Of a stretch of DNA of 64,000 bases, positions 51,201 through 63,199 are shown piece by piece. The stretch's first letter is position 1. Every line of letters begins with the position of its first letter. The notes below the pieces were generated by a model. It searched no databases, was not told the DNA's origin, and saw only the letters and a list, made by a program, of their open reading frames with translations. The DNA lies in the NCBI RefSeq assembly GCF_036971445.1, contig NC_091473.1:206646001-206710000 (forward strand), in the 5' to 3' direction. The position numbers and the translations under genes were made by a program. Origin of the DNA: Narcine bancroftii. Lineage: Eukaryota.

Positions 51201-52015
51201 GAGATAAGTACAATATAACGGGAGATACAGCGCTGGCATATTACCAACTGAGATCCTACTTGAAAGATAAATTAGGAAGCAACTTGAGTTTACCAGAGGG
51301 AAGTAACCTTGAATATGTGATTACAGATACAATGTTAATCAAAAGATTTATAAAAAATATGTATATTAAACTGCAAGAAAAGGAAAATGAGGAAACAAAT
51401 GGTAAAACTAAACAAAAATGGGAACAAGATTTAAATATAAAGATAAAAAAGGAAACATGGGAGAAGTTATGCTCTGGAACGATGAGAAATACAATAAATA
51501 CGAGGCTGCGTATGATACAATATAATTGGTTACACAGACTATACATTACACCGCAAAAGTTAAATAAATGGGACCCAACAGTATCTGATAGATGTTTTCG
51601 ATGTAAAAAAGAAAGGGGAACAACAATTCATGCAATCTGGACATGTGAGAGAGTAGAAAAATTTTGGGATGATCTCAATCAGATATTAAATAAAATAACA
51701 GAAAACAATATACCAAAGAATCCAGAGATCTTTCTCCTAAGTAACATAAAAAATAAAGAATTTGGAATTGACTTGGAGGATGCACAAAAAAGATTTGTTA
51801 AGATAGCCCTAGCTGTAGCAAAAAAATGTATTATGTCAACCTGGAAATTGGAAGATAATTTGAAAATACAACAATGGTATATAGAAATGAATAAATGTAT
51901 TCCATTAGAAAAAATAACATATAGTTTAAGAAATAATATTGAAATATTCGAACAAGTATGGGAGCCTTACATTAAATACAATAGCGAAAACCTACCGGGA
52001 ACAAACATTACCTAA
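48218..52015 (+). CDS. L1 ORF2p (APE endonuclease + reverse transcriptase + CCHC), 1265 aa
   Basis: NING, QETH, GGDFN, SDH; YRPISLLN, LDAEKAFD, RQGCPLSP, LFADD, YLG; CFRC..HAIWTC. Confidence 0.98.
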   Translation: MATLNYMTLNINGIHNQIKRKKLLNLLKKEKIDIAFVQETHLTELEHKKLKRDWVGHATAASYNSKARGVAILISKNVPFKIEEEIIDPAGRYVMIKCQIYSELWNLLNIYSPNEEDQKFMQDIFLKVANTQGNILIGGDFNLNLDPNMDKTGKKINRKNKVTKFIIKSMQEMKLVDIWRKQNPKEKEYSYYSTRHKTYSRIDLFLLSAHIQGRVRKTEYKARLLSDHSPLLLAIELEDIPPRMYRWRLNPMLLKRQDFREFIEKQLKMYFEVNTESVEDKFILWDAMKAFIRGQIISYATKMKKDYNQETEQLEREIINIEKKLAIKEDTTKRRELADKKIKYETLQTYKVEKNIMKTKQKYYELGEKTHKILAWQLKTEQTKKTVLATRKKDKQITYNPKEIKENFREFYEQLYRTENEGKEGKIDEFLTKIELPKLQIEEQNKLTEPFGTVEIQEIIKNLPNNKTPGEDGLPIEFYKTFKDLIIPPLLDVINQIDETQNLPDSCKTAIITVILKQGKDPLSPASYRPISLLNTDYKIIAKLLANRLAEQVPKMVNLDQTGFIKKRRTTDNICKFINLIHAVEGNKAPAVAVALDAEKAFDRVEWNYLFKVLQKFSLPEKYINWIKALYKGPLAKVTVNGHVSKQFNLSRSTRQGCPLSPLLFALAIEPLAESIRRDNNIKGIKIKDREYKISLFADDVIVYLTEPELSIKELYKKLKEYGEVSGYKINVNKSEAMPMNNADFSKFKEESPFRWQTQAIRYLGVQINKNLGQLYKLNYNPLMKKLQDDLEHWKELPLTLIGRINCIKMNIFPRILYLFQALPIQLTEKFFKELKKIIRRFLWRGGKPRIALDKLTEWYKQGGLQLPNFKNYYRAAQLRYLSDFYQTREKPDWTRLELDKIGEKIPEHILYKWDEKLVQHRTSPVLHHLLNIWKKIHVERNKINYQIPKLILTQNKLLPFTIDNLAFRKWEKKGIKRIENCFSGSRFLSFEQMRDKYNITGDTALAYYQLRSYLKDKLGSNLSLPEGSNLEYVITDTMLIKRFIKNMYIKLQEKENEETNGKTKQKWEQDLNIKIKKETWEKLCSGTMRNTINTRLRMIQYNWLHRLYITPQKLNKWDPTVSDRCFRCKKERGTTIHAIWTCERVEKFWDDLNQILNKITENNIPKNPEIFLLSNIKNKEFGIDLEDAQKRFVKIALAVAKKCIMSTWKLEDNLKIQQWYIEMNKCIPLEKITYSLRNNIEIFEQVWEPYIKYNSENLPGTNIT

Positions 52016-52266
52016 GTTGATGGAAGGAGAAGAGAAGAAAAAAATGGACTCAGTAGAATTTCTGGTGTATTTTTGTTGAATGACAACATTGTCTAACTGA
52101 ATTAATGCAACCTAGATTGTATAACTAAAATGGATGAGAGGGGGGAGGGATGGGGGGGTGGCTTGGGAGGAGGGAGGGGGGAGGGAGAAAAAGTCACTGT
52201 AAATGTGTGGAAAAGAAAAAGTGTATATCATGGCTATTGTGATTTATGGTGTGAAAAATAAAAAAG

Positions 52267-52298
<32 letters not shown>

Positions 52299-52304
52299 AG
52301 AGAG

Positions 52305-52940
52305 CACAATCTATTTGGGAATTTATCATAGTGTGGCGAGACAGAAGGCACATGGGAGTTGAAGTCCGTGGATCTCCAACGATAACTGCACAGGTCGACA
52401 GCATGGTAAAGAGGTTGTATGCTATAAAACCGATAATTAATCGGGGGCTGATATCAGGAGCCGCAAGCTATTTTTTCAATTCAACAAAATTATGTGTGGA
52501 ACGCACCTAGTCTTTCAGCTCTAGTAGCAACATGATACGAATGACTGGTAAGGTTTCAAAATTATGCAGAGGAGATTTACCAATATGCTATATAAATGTT
52601 AAAAAATGTTATGAAGGAAAGTTGGAATAGCAGAAGCGATTAATGGAGATGTAAAATCTTATAAGAATCATAGATCCCCAGCACATTCCCAGGATATAAA
52701 AGGTTAATACCAAATGTGCATAACTTTAAGATGAGTAGAGGAAAGTTTAGTAGAGATCACAGAGGTATTTGTTGTCCGAAATTCTTTGCCCTTGTTGTAA
52801 CAGAGGAAGATAGAATGGAGACATTTAAAAGAATCCCAGATTGGCATATGTATACAAGAACAGTGAAGGGTTGTCGTTTATAAGGGAGGGTCGATTGATG
52901 TTAAGGAGCATTATATGGATCGAAATGAGTCGTGGGCCGA
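52305..52940 (+). mobile_element. Old CR1 LINE, 3' piece
   Basis: Decayed CR1 ORF2 C-terminal motifs (e.g. CAGAGGAGATTTACCA = QRRFT at ~52567) and a CR1-type 3' UTR ending ..GTGGGCCGA. Confidence 0.65.
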
Positions 52941-55900
52941 CCACTGATATCAACAAATAAATTCCGACCCAGATGTGAGTTTTATTCTATTTTCATACCA
53001 CGTCTGTTGCACCATTTGCTATACCGTCTTCCTGATTCATATCAATTCAGGAACTAAAATTCTCAAGGGAGTTCGTTGTTCCCGTGAATTAAATTGTTCA
53101 CATGTCACTCTGCCGTATTGTAATACAGTGCACTATAATGCAAGGTATTGACCGTGCATTATATTAGTATCACAGTGTCAACATTCGCTCCTTTTTACTC
53201 CATGTTGTTGACAATGTAATGTTAACTTACATTGCATTAGTATTTGCATAAATCATGTGATATTACGTCACTCTTCTGGATTGGAAACAGTTGAAAGGCG
53301 TGATTTCCGTTTATCAAATTGAAAACACCCGAACCATGCCTCTTATCTTCTTTGCACAGATATAACATGGCCATGGAATAAGAGCATTTCCAACTGGACG
53401 ATTCAAGGCGAACCAGGTGAGAGCGGAAAAGAAGCCCGACTACATTATTCCAAATTAATCATGGGGTTATTCCAGGGACGATGTGTGCTATCGTTAAAAA
53501 ATGTGAAATATTTCCCCATATCGTTTTTTGCTGCATCTTCATGCATTTAGCTGGTCCACTCCCTACATGATATCGGTGGTTATATTTTAAAAATACGAAA
53601 ATATATATTTCAAGACCGAAGGAGTGCGGGCATCCTAGACAGAGCACTGTACCAGGGTGCCCATGTGCCGGTTCCTGATTTTAACGTGAGAGGATTCGTC
53701 GTTGATTTTCTTTATTCTCATTCAGTAGACATGGTTCTTTGTGATTAAGACTACGGCGTATGCGTAAGGCAACGTACTACGAGAGAATGCAGATTTAGGG
53801 AAGACAGAGGAATGAAGAAGGGGACTGTAAACAAGGAAGGGAAATCTGGGAGACGACTCGACTGGGAGGTGACCATAGCGATAGGCCAGGGTAGAGTTCC
53901 AACGGCTAAAGTACTACATAGGCTGCGGGATATCAGTGACTGTAATCGGAAGAGCCACACAGGTTGGCAGCTGCTGTTACAAGTTCTCGTGGTCGTCCAC
54001 TCATGAAATGAAACATAATATAAATAATCCTCCGAGCTGTGACTTTTAATTTCAATTATGCATTAAACATGATTCATAATCCCTTTAAATTCAGGTGGTA
54101 TACAAACAAAACTTTGATTTTTTTTTAAATCTTGATCAAAAATGAAAGTGTCTGTAACTGAATTAACAATGGAGTCATTTCATCCTGTCTTTCCAAGCGT
54201 AGGTTTACCTTACGTTGTCAAACTGGATTTCTGATCCTTGCATGGAGTAATTGGTATCACTCTATAAGAGATGGAATTTAACTTCCATCTTGTCCAATCC
54301 AGCAATCACCAGGGTTTTTCTCTTGTTCCTTGGATCCACCTGTTTAATTCGGGATCTTGATAACTTAGCATCCGCGGCTCTGGCTAAGGCCCTCTTCTGC
54401 CTGGTTCAAGACGAGTTCCAAATTGTGGCAGTTGCACTGGGACAGCGCTAAGTCTTAATCTGCTTAGTCCTTGACAAATCGATCAATGGCTCAGTCCATT
54501 CTGAGACATATCTATTCTAAGTTGCAGGCCATATTTCGATCTGGGAACAAGCTCACCACCATCTGAATCTGCTTAGTCCTTGTCCAAGCGCCTCCTGTTC
54601 TTCTACCGCTGCCTCATATTTGTACAGAGACCTGTACATTCCAAGATAAGGTTAATATTGCAGCTGAAGCATGACTCAGATTTGCAATCTAACAGCACTC
54701 TATGTTTACAATAATTTAATTCCCGCACTAAATAAAGTGGTGCCTTCTCGTATCTGTGCCCTGGCCTCCGTAGCATCAATTTTGTGTCCAATTATATTTG
54801 CTTCTTTCACTTTCTTAGCTTTGTTCCTCAATTATTACCTCCTCCGCCTTATTTTCTTATTGCAATTCAAGCTGAAGCATTCCTTTTTCTACTTTGAGAG
54901 TACCGTGTCTGCATGAAATTTTAAACGCATAGACTCAGTACTTAAATGACCGGAGGCTGCTATAGAGCTTATCCCACTGGAAATATTTGGCACAATATCG
55001 TGAGGTCCTTTTAGGACCTGTGTGTCAGATGTTGCTTTACATGTCTCCATTTTGGATTGTTCTCCCTCCACAGCAATATCTTGTGGCATAGCTGTGGAGG
55101 GTGAACATATCTCAAATTCTATTAATGCTTTTTACAGTAATTTTGGGAGATATGTATCCCTCACAACTGTCTTCCTTTCTTTAGCTATATGTACTCTACG
55201 TCTTGCTTGAAGAGTTGCTTTGTTTCTTTTTATATCTAATTGCCCTATTTGATCTTTTTTCTATAAGTTCCGATACCTTCATCTTCTCGACACATTGGAA
55301 GCTGCTCCTGGATCCTTATCGCTGCATGTACTGTTGTCTTCATTGTGTCATTGATCACACTCCAATTTCAAACATGCACAATAATCTCTTCAAACCAAAA
55401 CAGTCCAAATCAGACAAGCGTCGCTAATGCCAAAACCATGTTCTAATCTTCAATAAACACAGAAGGCTTACGCCTCATAAAATTTTGTTTTTATTCTTGC
55501 GTTTTCTTTATAAATCTGGACTCACTAGATCCCAATGGATCTATTCTTCTTCCCAATTGGATATGCAAATTTCTATATCTTCCAATCGGTCCTAGTGTTG
55601 ACGAACGAGTCAATAGTCTTGCTTTTATTTAACTTACATGTCAATTACTCTCTATTTATTGACTCAAGAGTCAAGCTGTTTAGCTATAGGACTATCCATC
55701 ATTTTACTCACCTGTAGAGCCTGACATGTCCTTGTTTATAACTCGTTGAAGAAAAGGATCCGTAACAAAAAGCTGAATAGTTTTACAATGTTTATTAGAC
55801 TTTATATGGATTAATATTTATTACAACATTGATATACATTTAAATAATATTTAACAGATAGTTCATGCGATACTGAATACGATTCTTAACAGAGTCAATA

Positions 55901-56090
55901 GTAATGTTTTTAGTCTATTCCGAGACCATCTGTCTTTGAAGAACAAAGACGATGGCAAAAATTAACGGTCTTAACTCACAAGCGCACAAAAAGAGAACTT
56001 GTTAATCTTGAAGTGATACATTACTAGGTGCAGACAAGGTTTATGTCAACACCTTCCGCAAGCAGCTAGAAATGGGTGACAATATTCAAA

Positions 56091-56235
56091 NNNNNNNNNN
56101 NNNNNNNNNNNNNNNNNNNNNNNNNNNNNNNNNNNNNNNNNNNNNNNNNNNNNNNNNNNNNNNNNNNNNNNNNNNNNNNNNNNNNNNNNNNNNNNNNNNN
56201 NNNNNNNNNNNNNNNNNNNNNNNNNNNNNNNNNNN
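56091..56235. other. Assembly gap (N run)
   Basis: Run of n. Confidence 1.
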
Positions 56236-56283
56236 AGACTGCTGGATATTCAGGAACTGTGGAAATGTTGACAACATCTAATC

Positions 56284-58487
56284 CAAGGGTTGGCATTTAG
56301 GTTCTCCAAGGGGCCACATGAGAAACAGAAAATATTGTGGAGGGCTGGACCAATAGGTCCATAATATTATGCCTAATATTAATTCTATCTCTTTATAAAA
56401 GCAGTAACTTGCATCGTTTTGACAATATGCGACTGGTAAGATTAAATGTGATGATCATGAAATGGAAAGAAAGTTTAGGAAAACATAATTTCTTCAATTA
56501 AAATTACCCAAAACAATTGTAAACAAAATGTGCATGTTCAAACATGTACCATTTTTGAAAGACCAGCATTAAATCAACTTTATACAAATTGTTATTACCA
56601 TTTTGCTTGTAGTCCAACCACCTCATTTGCTGTTTATCAGTTCTTTTTTTTCTTGTTCTGTGGGAGTAATCTAGTCTCTGCTTAGCTTGAACAAGTGCAT
56701 CGAATTCAGGCGGAATTTCTGAGGTGGATATGCGAAGGGCAGCTGACAGATGATCATCAGTGAGAGAGGTTCTGTAACTGGATTTGTTAAACTTCATCAC
56801 TAAGAATGTTTATTCACATATGTAGGTAGATACAAAGAAAACCAACATTTTCTGACCATGCCTCCACATGTGTGGAAAGTTCTCCTCCTTGAGAGAAGAG
56901 TAAAAATATAGCAGTGATACTGATTTAAAGTGCTCTGCCACTATCTTATCACATTGCACCTCAATGAGTTCCAGTTGAACATGACTGGGTGCATTATCCA
57001 CACTGCAGGTAAAGGGAGAGGAAATCATGTGCACTTCACCCTCAACTGTTTGGGAGTCTTCAAATCGTTTTGAAAACTTACCATGCAGTGCTCCTAACAT
57101 GGATCAGTACCTGCGGAATTGATCAGCCGATTGTATGACTTCTATCAGGGTTTGCATGTGAGAGAGTGTATTACACTCCAGTTGGCTTGAAATAAACTGA
57201 AACTTTCTCACGAAAGCCTTCACCAGGCTGTACATTTCATGAGCAAAGAGACCCCTACGTTGCTGTTTGGTATTTAGTTCATTCATCAGTGCAGTCACAT
57301 CAACAGCAAATGCAAGATCTGCCATCCAGTTGCCTTCTGAGAGCTCTGGTATGCCTTTGCCTTTCTTCTCACAAAACTCTTGAATCTTTGCTTTCAGGTC
57401 CCAAACTCTTTTCAGCACTTTTCTCAGGCTGACCCATCTTACAGTTGTGTGGTAGCCTATCTCAATATGTTCAATCTCATGCTCCTCTATGAGTGCAACA
57501 AACTGTCTGTGATTTATTGCCCGTGACCTGATGAAGTTAACTATTTTATTTACAGCATCAATACTATGGTTAAGGTTGAGCACTGATTTAGATAACACAT
57601 TCCTTTGTTATCCCACATACAAATACGAATAACTGGGCTGTATCGCGTACATCACAGTTCCAAATACAAGGAGAAAGAATCAATATTGTCCACTTTATTG
57701 TGCAACAGAAGCTCCAGATTTCCCGTGATGTCCTTGATCCTTCTCGTCACGGTTCCTCTGGAGAGGGACACGTTCTCGAATGCTTTTTTTCTCGGGGCAT
57801 ATTTGTACTGCAGAGTCCACCAAACACTCTGATGAACTCCCTCTCGGAGAATGACATGTTTTTAGCGATTTTGTTGGATATCACACAGCTGGTCTTGGCT
57901 GCTGCATCCATGAATGTACGAAGCTTGGAAAAAAAAAGCCTTGTTGCTATTGCAGCTTAGCTAGCAAAACTGCAGATGTCCGTGCCCGTTCGGCATCAGT
58001 CAGGTTTTTGTATTTCTCCACATGTTTAGTCTTGTAATGGCGATTCAATTTGTAGTCATTAAACACGGCGATCTGCTCTCCGCAAACTAACAACATGGCT
58101 TTACCTCTGACTTCAATAAATAAATACTTTGTAGCCCATGTTTTGTTAAAAAAAATCTGCATTCTGCATCAATATTTCATTTTTTTAAATGAGTGGATAT
58201 TTTGTGGGTTAACACTGGTAAACACTTAAACTAAGTAAAGGTAAAGGTGTGCGCACACACGGATTTATATACGTAGACTACTACATATGTATATGTACAT
58301 AGCCTACATATGTATGTAACTTGTCCAAAAAAGACACCTTCAAAATAAAAGTAATGCGGTTTTAATCCACGCATGGGGTAAACATATCAAAGTTTTATTT
58401 TCTAATTTCTGATTAACCTTACACAGGTCAGTCAAGGATAGCCAAAGGACCGGAAGTGTCCCGGGGGTCGTATGTTAACCATGTCTG
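56284..58487 (-). mobile_element. hAT (Charlie/SPIN/GTF2IRD2-like) DNA transposon, internally deleted and decayed
   Basis: BED finger (VCGEQIAVFNDYKLNRHYKTKH, 57947-58162), VRWVS/DLAFAVDV (57104-57598), hATC STYICE...RTSLTDDHL (56504-57100). CAG-type termini; 8-bp flanks ATCTAATC / GTCTAGAC. Confidence 0.9.
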
Positions 58488-58495
58488 GTCTAGAC

Positions 58496-58624
58496 CAATG
58501 TTTCTCAAACTTCCCCCTAAATGTATATTCTACTTTAAGCAATCTCTATGTCATAAATGCTCTGAATTGATCAGGGATTTCTTAATATAATATGTAAGTA
58601 GAAAGGGAAGGTTGAGAACCACTG
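58496..58624. mobile_element. hAT-Charlie-type MITE
   Basis: TIRs CAATGTTTCTCAAAC / GTTGAGAACCACTG; flanks GTCTAGAC / CTCTCGAC. Confidence 0.75.
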
Positions 58625-58735
58625 CTCTCGACCCAATTGTTTCTGAAATAATTTGCTTGACAAAAATTGTTTTGGCCTATTTCTTTTGGAGTTATGAACT
58701 TGTGCACATAATGACTCAAATAAGTATGATTAAAA

Positions 58736-58872
58736 CAGTGGATTTCAAACATTTTCTTTCTGCTCACATATTAACTCCCTTACTAATTTCACTCTCTTAC
58801 TATACAGAGTACTTATGGCATAGGGATTTCTTAAGGTGGATTGAGAATTTAGGGGGAAGTTTGAAACCATGG
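58736..58872. mobile_element. Second related hAT MITE copy, more decayed
   Basis: CAGTGGATTTCAAAC ... AGTTTGAAACCATGG; shares internal AGGGATTTCTTAA with the first MITE. Confidence 0.55.
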
Positions 58873-59424
58873 ACAATGCCACTTTTTTAGTTTTCGTATT
58901 CATGGGTCGTACAGCCTTCTACTCTTGTGTACTACCCCATATTCCAAGATGGTTAAAACGAATCATTTGTTGCCCACAATTATTATGTTTTAAATTGAGT
59001 TCGATGCGGATGTATTCAGAATAACATAAGAATTATGTGGTAAATTGAGGGCAAAATCACTCGTGTGTGTAGAATATCATGCATGGTTGAAACTGTTTGT
59101 GGAAGCACAAATGGAATTAAACAAGATAGTGTCGAGTGCAATGCACAGAAGTTCTGGAAGACTTCGAAAGGTCACAAGGTATCCATAGGATATTAAATGC
59201 GGGGGTCACATGATGGGATCTGAGGAGTGAACAGCGAACTGGTATAGCTCCCAGAGTGAGAAATAAAAATCGTAGAAAACTACCGAAAAAGAGCAAAATA
59301 AGTTAAAAAAAGAAAATATAAGATGAGGCAAAATAAGATTTCAGGAAAGGAAAATAAAAAATAAAAAAATCATGTGCAGCTGCACGCTACTCGAAAGAAT
59401 ACACACAGAAAGGAAGTGTAGTCA

Positions 59425-60834
59425 GGTTAAGCTCTGAGTTGTGTTAGAGGTGAAGTCTGACATTTATGCTTGCTGTTTTTTCCCCCGTGCCCCCCTTGGC
59501 TGACGTCACACCATGCATAATGAAAGCTGCTTTCCTGCGCGTAGGTTCTTTCCTGCATAATAATACCCTTCCTCCAGTGCACTGTCCCTGTCTGTTGACT
59601 GCATAGTAAGGCGAGCACCATTCTGGGGTCTCTCGCCTTTATGCTGCCCTTGTCGTTGACCCGCCAGCTCACTTGTTCAGGACAGTGCTGCTTCGCAGCT
59701 ACTTTCCTTTTGATCTTCTCGTCACCCTGAGCACCGGCTTGATCGCGGCAGTGGTGGGCCGCCATGTGAGTGCCCTCCAAGAAATGGCGGGATTGTCCTT
59801 GTTATTGTCCTTAGAGACCTGACGCAATGTCTCTGCAGCCTTTAGTGGCCTTCCTCTTTGGCATGGTGCTGTTGTCTCGACCTGATGCGCTGGGTCAGGT
59901 GTGCCGGCTTCAGCTTGCCAGTGGTCAAGGCCTCAGTCTTGCCTCCGACCTCCAGCACGAACCTGACCCGTTGTTTCAGATGACGTGGATTAGATAGTCC
60001 TATGGCCATATTTGGATCCCTGGGAATGAAAGTATATTGACTGTTTTACAGGTCTTTGTGTATGTTGGTCCTCGCATGTCTATGCCTGAAAGGTGAAATT
60101 GATGTCCTAATGGCCGATTCTTTCCCTTAGCCATATGAGTAATGCTGCAGAGCCGTCCTTCTGTCAACCTGGGGATGGTAGGAATTCTCCCGGGACCGCC
60201 ATGGGAACTCTGGAGAAGACATCAGCCAAAGAGGTGTTGTGGTCCTCCTTGGGTGCCGTGCGGATGCACGACAGTGCCCATAGTACCCCGTATATTCATT
60301 TGGATACTTTGAGTCTAGTCGTGAGCACAATTTTGAGGTGCTGTAGAAGCACCCCACCAACCTAATGGGCTGTATGTGGTAAGTTATTGTGTGATGTAAC
60401 TGGGCACACACAGGCTGGCAAAGTCAGACTAAACACACGAGGTGAACTGTGCCCCTCTATCAGATGTGATGTCGCACAGTAACCTGAAGCATGCCACCCA
60501 GGATGCGTTGAGGGTCCAGGCGCACGAGCTTGTGGACGTGCCTGCCAGGGGCCTGCTTCTGGCTACCTGGTGAAGCAGCCGATTATCATGAACACATAGC
60601 AGAAAACCTTGGATTCCGGAGTTGAATTTTTGTTTTGTCGGCTCGAAGTGCTGTGGTGAGGTCTTGGTTTGCTGTGGTACTTTGGTTGTTTGGCACTGCG
60701 TGAATGCCTTCACCCACCCGCTGAGCTGTTTCCACCAATTCATGGCACAGGTATGCGCTGGCCACTAACCGGACTATGGTCCTGATGGATGGGCGAGACA
60801 GTCTGTGGTGGAGTCGAACATCTATCATCTCCAA
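59425..60834 (-). mobile_element. Gypsy integrase/3' region relic
   Basis: LHHRLSRPSIRTIVRLV...CQTTKV (HHCC remnant), WVACFRLLCDITSDRGAQFTS, WLMSSPEF. Confidence 0.75.
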
Positions 60835-60839
60835 GCCAC

Positions 60840-63190
60840 CAGAACTATTTTATATTATTTTTGGGGATGGGAAACATAAGTTATCACTAGATGCAGACTA
60901 TTTGCTACTACCTAACCCTAATAAATCTATCCCTGCAGTACTAATATTATTTGTTCTGTTGAGTTGATTTTCTGGTTACAAATTGAATATGCATGATCTA
61001 ATCGCTGAACAATCTCCATTTAGATTTGTTAGTAATTATTTGACTTCTTTGTGTGCCAAATCACTAATAAGCATAAGGGTTTATTCAAAGTATTTTTTTA
61101 CCATTAATTGACCATGTTAAACAATCGATTACTCAATGGTCTCCTTTGTCTTTATCATTGATAGGTCGAATTAACGCAGTTAAATTATTATTTTACCAAA
61201 ATTATAATAATTCTTTCAGGTAATCAGAACCTTCATGCACATTCTTTTTTTATATATATTATTGATTCTGGAATTTATTCATAGAGATGGCAGAATACGA
61301 ATCCTAATTTAAGCCCAAAAAATTAACAGAAATTTCAAAATGATGAAGATGTGGCATTACCTAATTATAGATTCCACTATTGGACAAGAAATATTCGGTA
61401 TTTTATTTCATGAACACAAGAATTGGATGAAAGGCAATGTCCATGATGAGTGAGATTTGAATGCGTGTTTCTGCAGGGCATCTCTTTGGCCTCTATTTTA
61501 GGGGCTTTGTTCCCATTTGCACTCACTAAATTGAATAAACAAATGACGAATTCAGTAATTAAAATTCACCACTTATATACAAATACGGTTTTAATTTAGT
61601 AAATATTTTCGATTGAATAAATTAATTTTGTCAAGTCCGAATCTATCTATTTTTTTCATCAAGAATTTCTTTTTATGGAATACGATAGGAATAAAATATT
61701 TTCGAGATTTAAATATGGATAACTTTCTCATGTCTTTTTTAAACATTATTTTTTAAACAGAAGATATAATTCAAATAAAGATTATAGTATAGCAATACAA
61801 GATTTCCTCCATATATTCCCCTCCCCTCCTTATCTCTCCCTCCCAACCTCTCCCCACAATATCTACGCCCCCCTCCCCGCAAAAAAATAATGGAACAAAA
61901 ATACATATTTATCAAATATTAGATGCTGTGGAGGGAGCCAATCCCATCTATAAAAAAATATTTTTTTTTCCCGGCCCACACATTTCAAATGCGGTTTCCA
62001 CCTTTTAATAAAGGAATAACTTTCACACAAATTATATGTTACCTTTAACAAAGGAATACACATTCTCAATTCTGTTTGCCACTTTTGAATATTCAATTCA
62101 ATTTCATCCTTCCACGTAATAGCTATATATTTCCTCACAACTGCTAAAGCTAAAGGAATAAAAGTCATTTCAAATTTAGCCAATTTTAAACGCAAAGTCA
62201 ATGTAATGGTACATCACAAAAAATAATAATATTCATAATAATAATAATAATAATAATAACAATGGATTAAATATTAACTTATATTAAAATAAAGCTTCCA
62301 GGAAATCCACAATCCTTTGCCAAAAATGTTTCACCTTTTCAGAAAGCCAAACTGAATGTAAAAAAGTGCCAATTTCTTTAACACATCAAAAACACACTTC
62401 TGAAGAACTAAAGCCTTATCTTTTTAACTATTCAGAAGTTAAATACAATTGATGTAAAAAATTATAAAGAACTAAATTATCTCACATAATTAATTAGTCA
62501 TACAGTCCTCACCCATAGTCATCCACTCTTCCTGAGATGTTGAAATAGCCAAATCTTTTTCCCATTTATTTTTCGTTTTATACAAATCAGGTTTTTTCAT
62601 CTCCTGCTGTAAAAGATCATACCTTTTGTCTCCTGTCTTTGAGGAGCTGTCTAAAAGATAAAATTTTCCTACATCTCATTTTCCACATATATATAGATGA
62701 GGAAATTTTAAAATGTTACTTTATCTACATTTCCAATACATCATCAGTGAAGTTACGGATAAAACTTTATGTTTAAACGCTTTTTCAGAAGAATTTAATA
62801 GCAACAATTTATGATTTTATGCTGAAATTACGTCCAGTGATTTCTGACAAAATTAAAAATGAATGGTGGAGAGATCTTCAGATACCTTTACCTATATAGA
62901 TATTGGAGAAAATTCCAAAATTCGGTAATGCTTCTGGAATGTGTGCTCGACAATCCTTGATACAATCGAAGGTGGTGCCAAGGACCCTTCTGTCCAAGAA
63001 CAATCCAGTTTGTTTTTATTCTCACATAAACCATATCCGTGACGGATGTAATTCTGAGGTGGCTTCCCTGACACATGTTTTGGTCCTGCCCTTCCCTGAA
63101 TAAAAAAATTCGAAAATATTTTATATTATTTCTGCAGTTTTGCTCATTGACCTACAACCTCATCATATTAGTGCACATTTTCAAAGACAC
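60840..63190 (+). mobile_element. Old L1 ORF2 fragment (RT to C-terminus), interrupted by an opposite-strand L1
   Basis: HKLSLDADYLLL (~60874; YADD region); CARQSLIQSKVV...INHIRDGCNSEVASLTH (62903-63103). Confidence 0.75.
61730..62625 (-). mobile_element. L1 3' end fragment
   Basis: ORF 61863-62201 ALAVVRKYIAITWK..WQTELRMCIPL.KVTYNL matches the L1 ORF2 C-terminus; G-rich 3' UTR on minus. Confidence 0.8.
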
Positions 63191-63199
63191 ATTTTTGAC

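Larger units (their letters stand above)
46253..52295 (+). mobile_element. Full-length, intact L1 LINE (6.04 kb)
   Basis: TSD AAGGAAGAGAG at 46242-52 and 52294-304. G-rich 5' start, two uninterrupted ORFs, G-rich 3' UTR, AATAAA, pure A-tail 52269-52295. Confidence 0.98.

Noticed and set aside
55064-55101. Hairpin CCCTCCACAGC...GCTGTGGAGGG
   Set aside because: A single 11-bp stem in a decayed repeat-like context; no RNA gene features.
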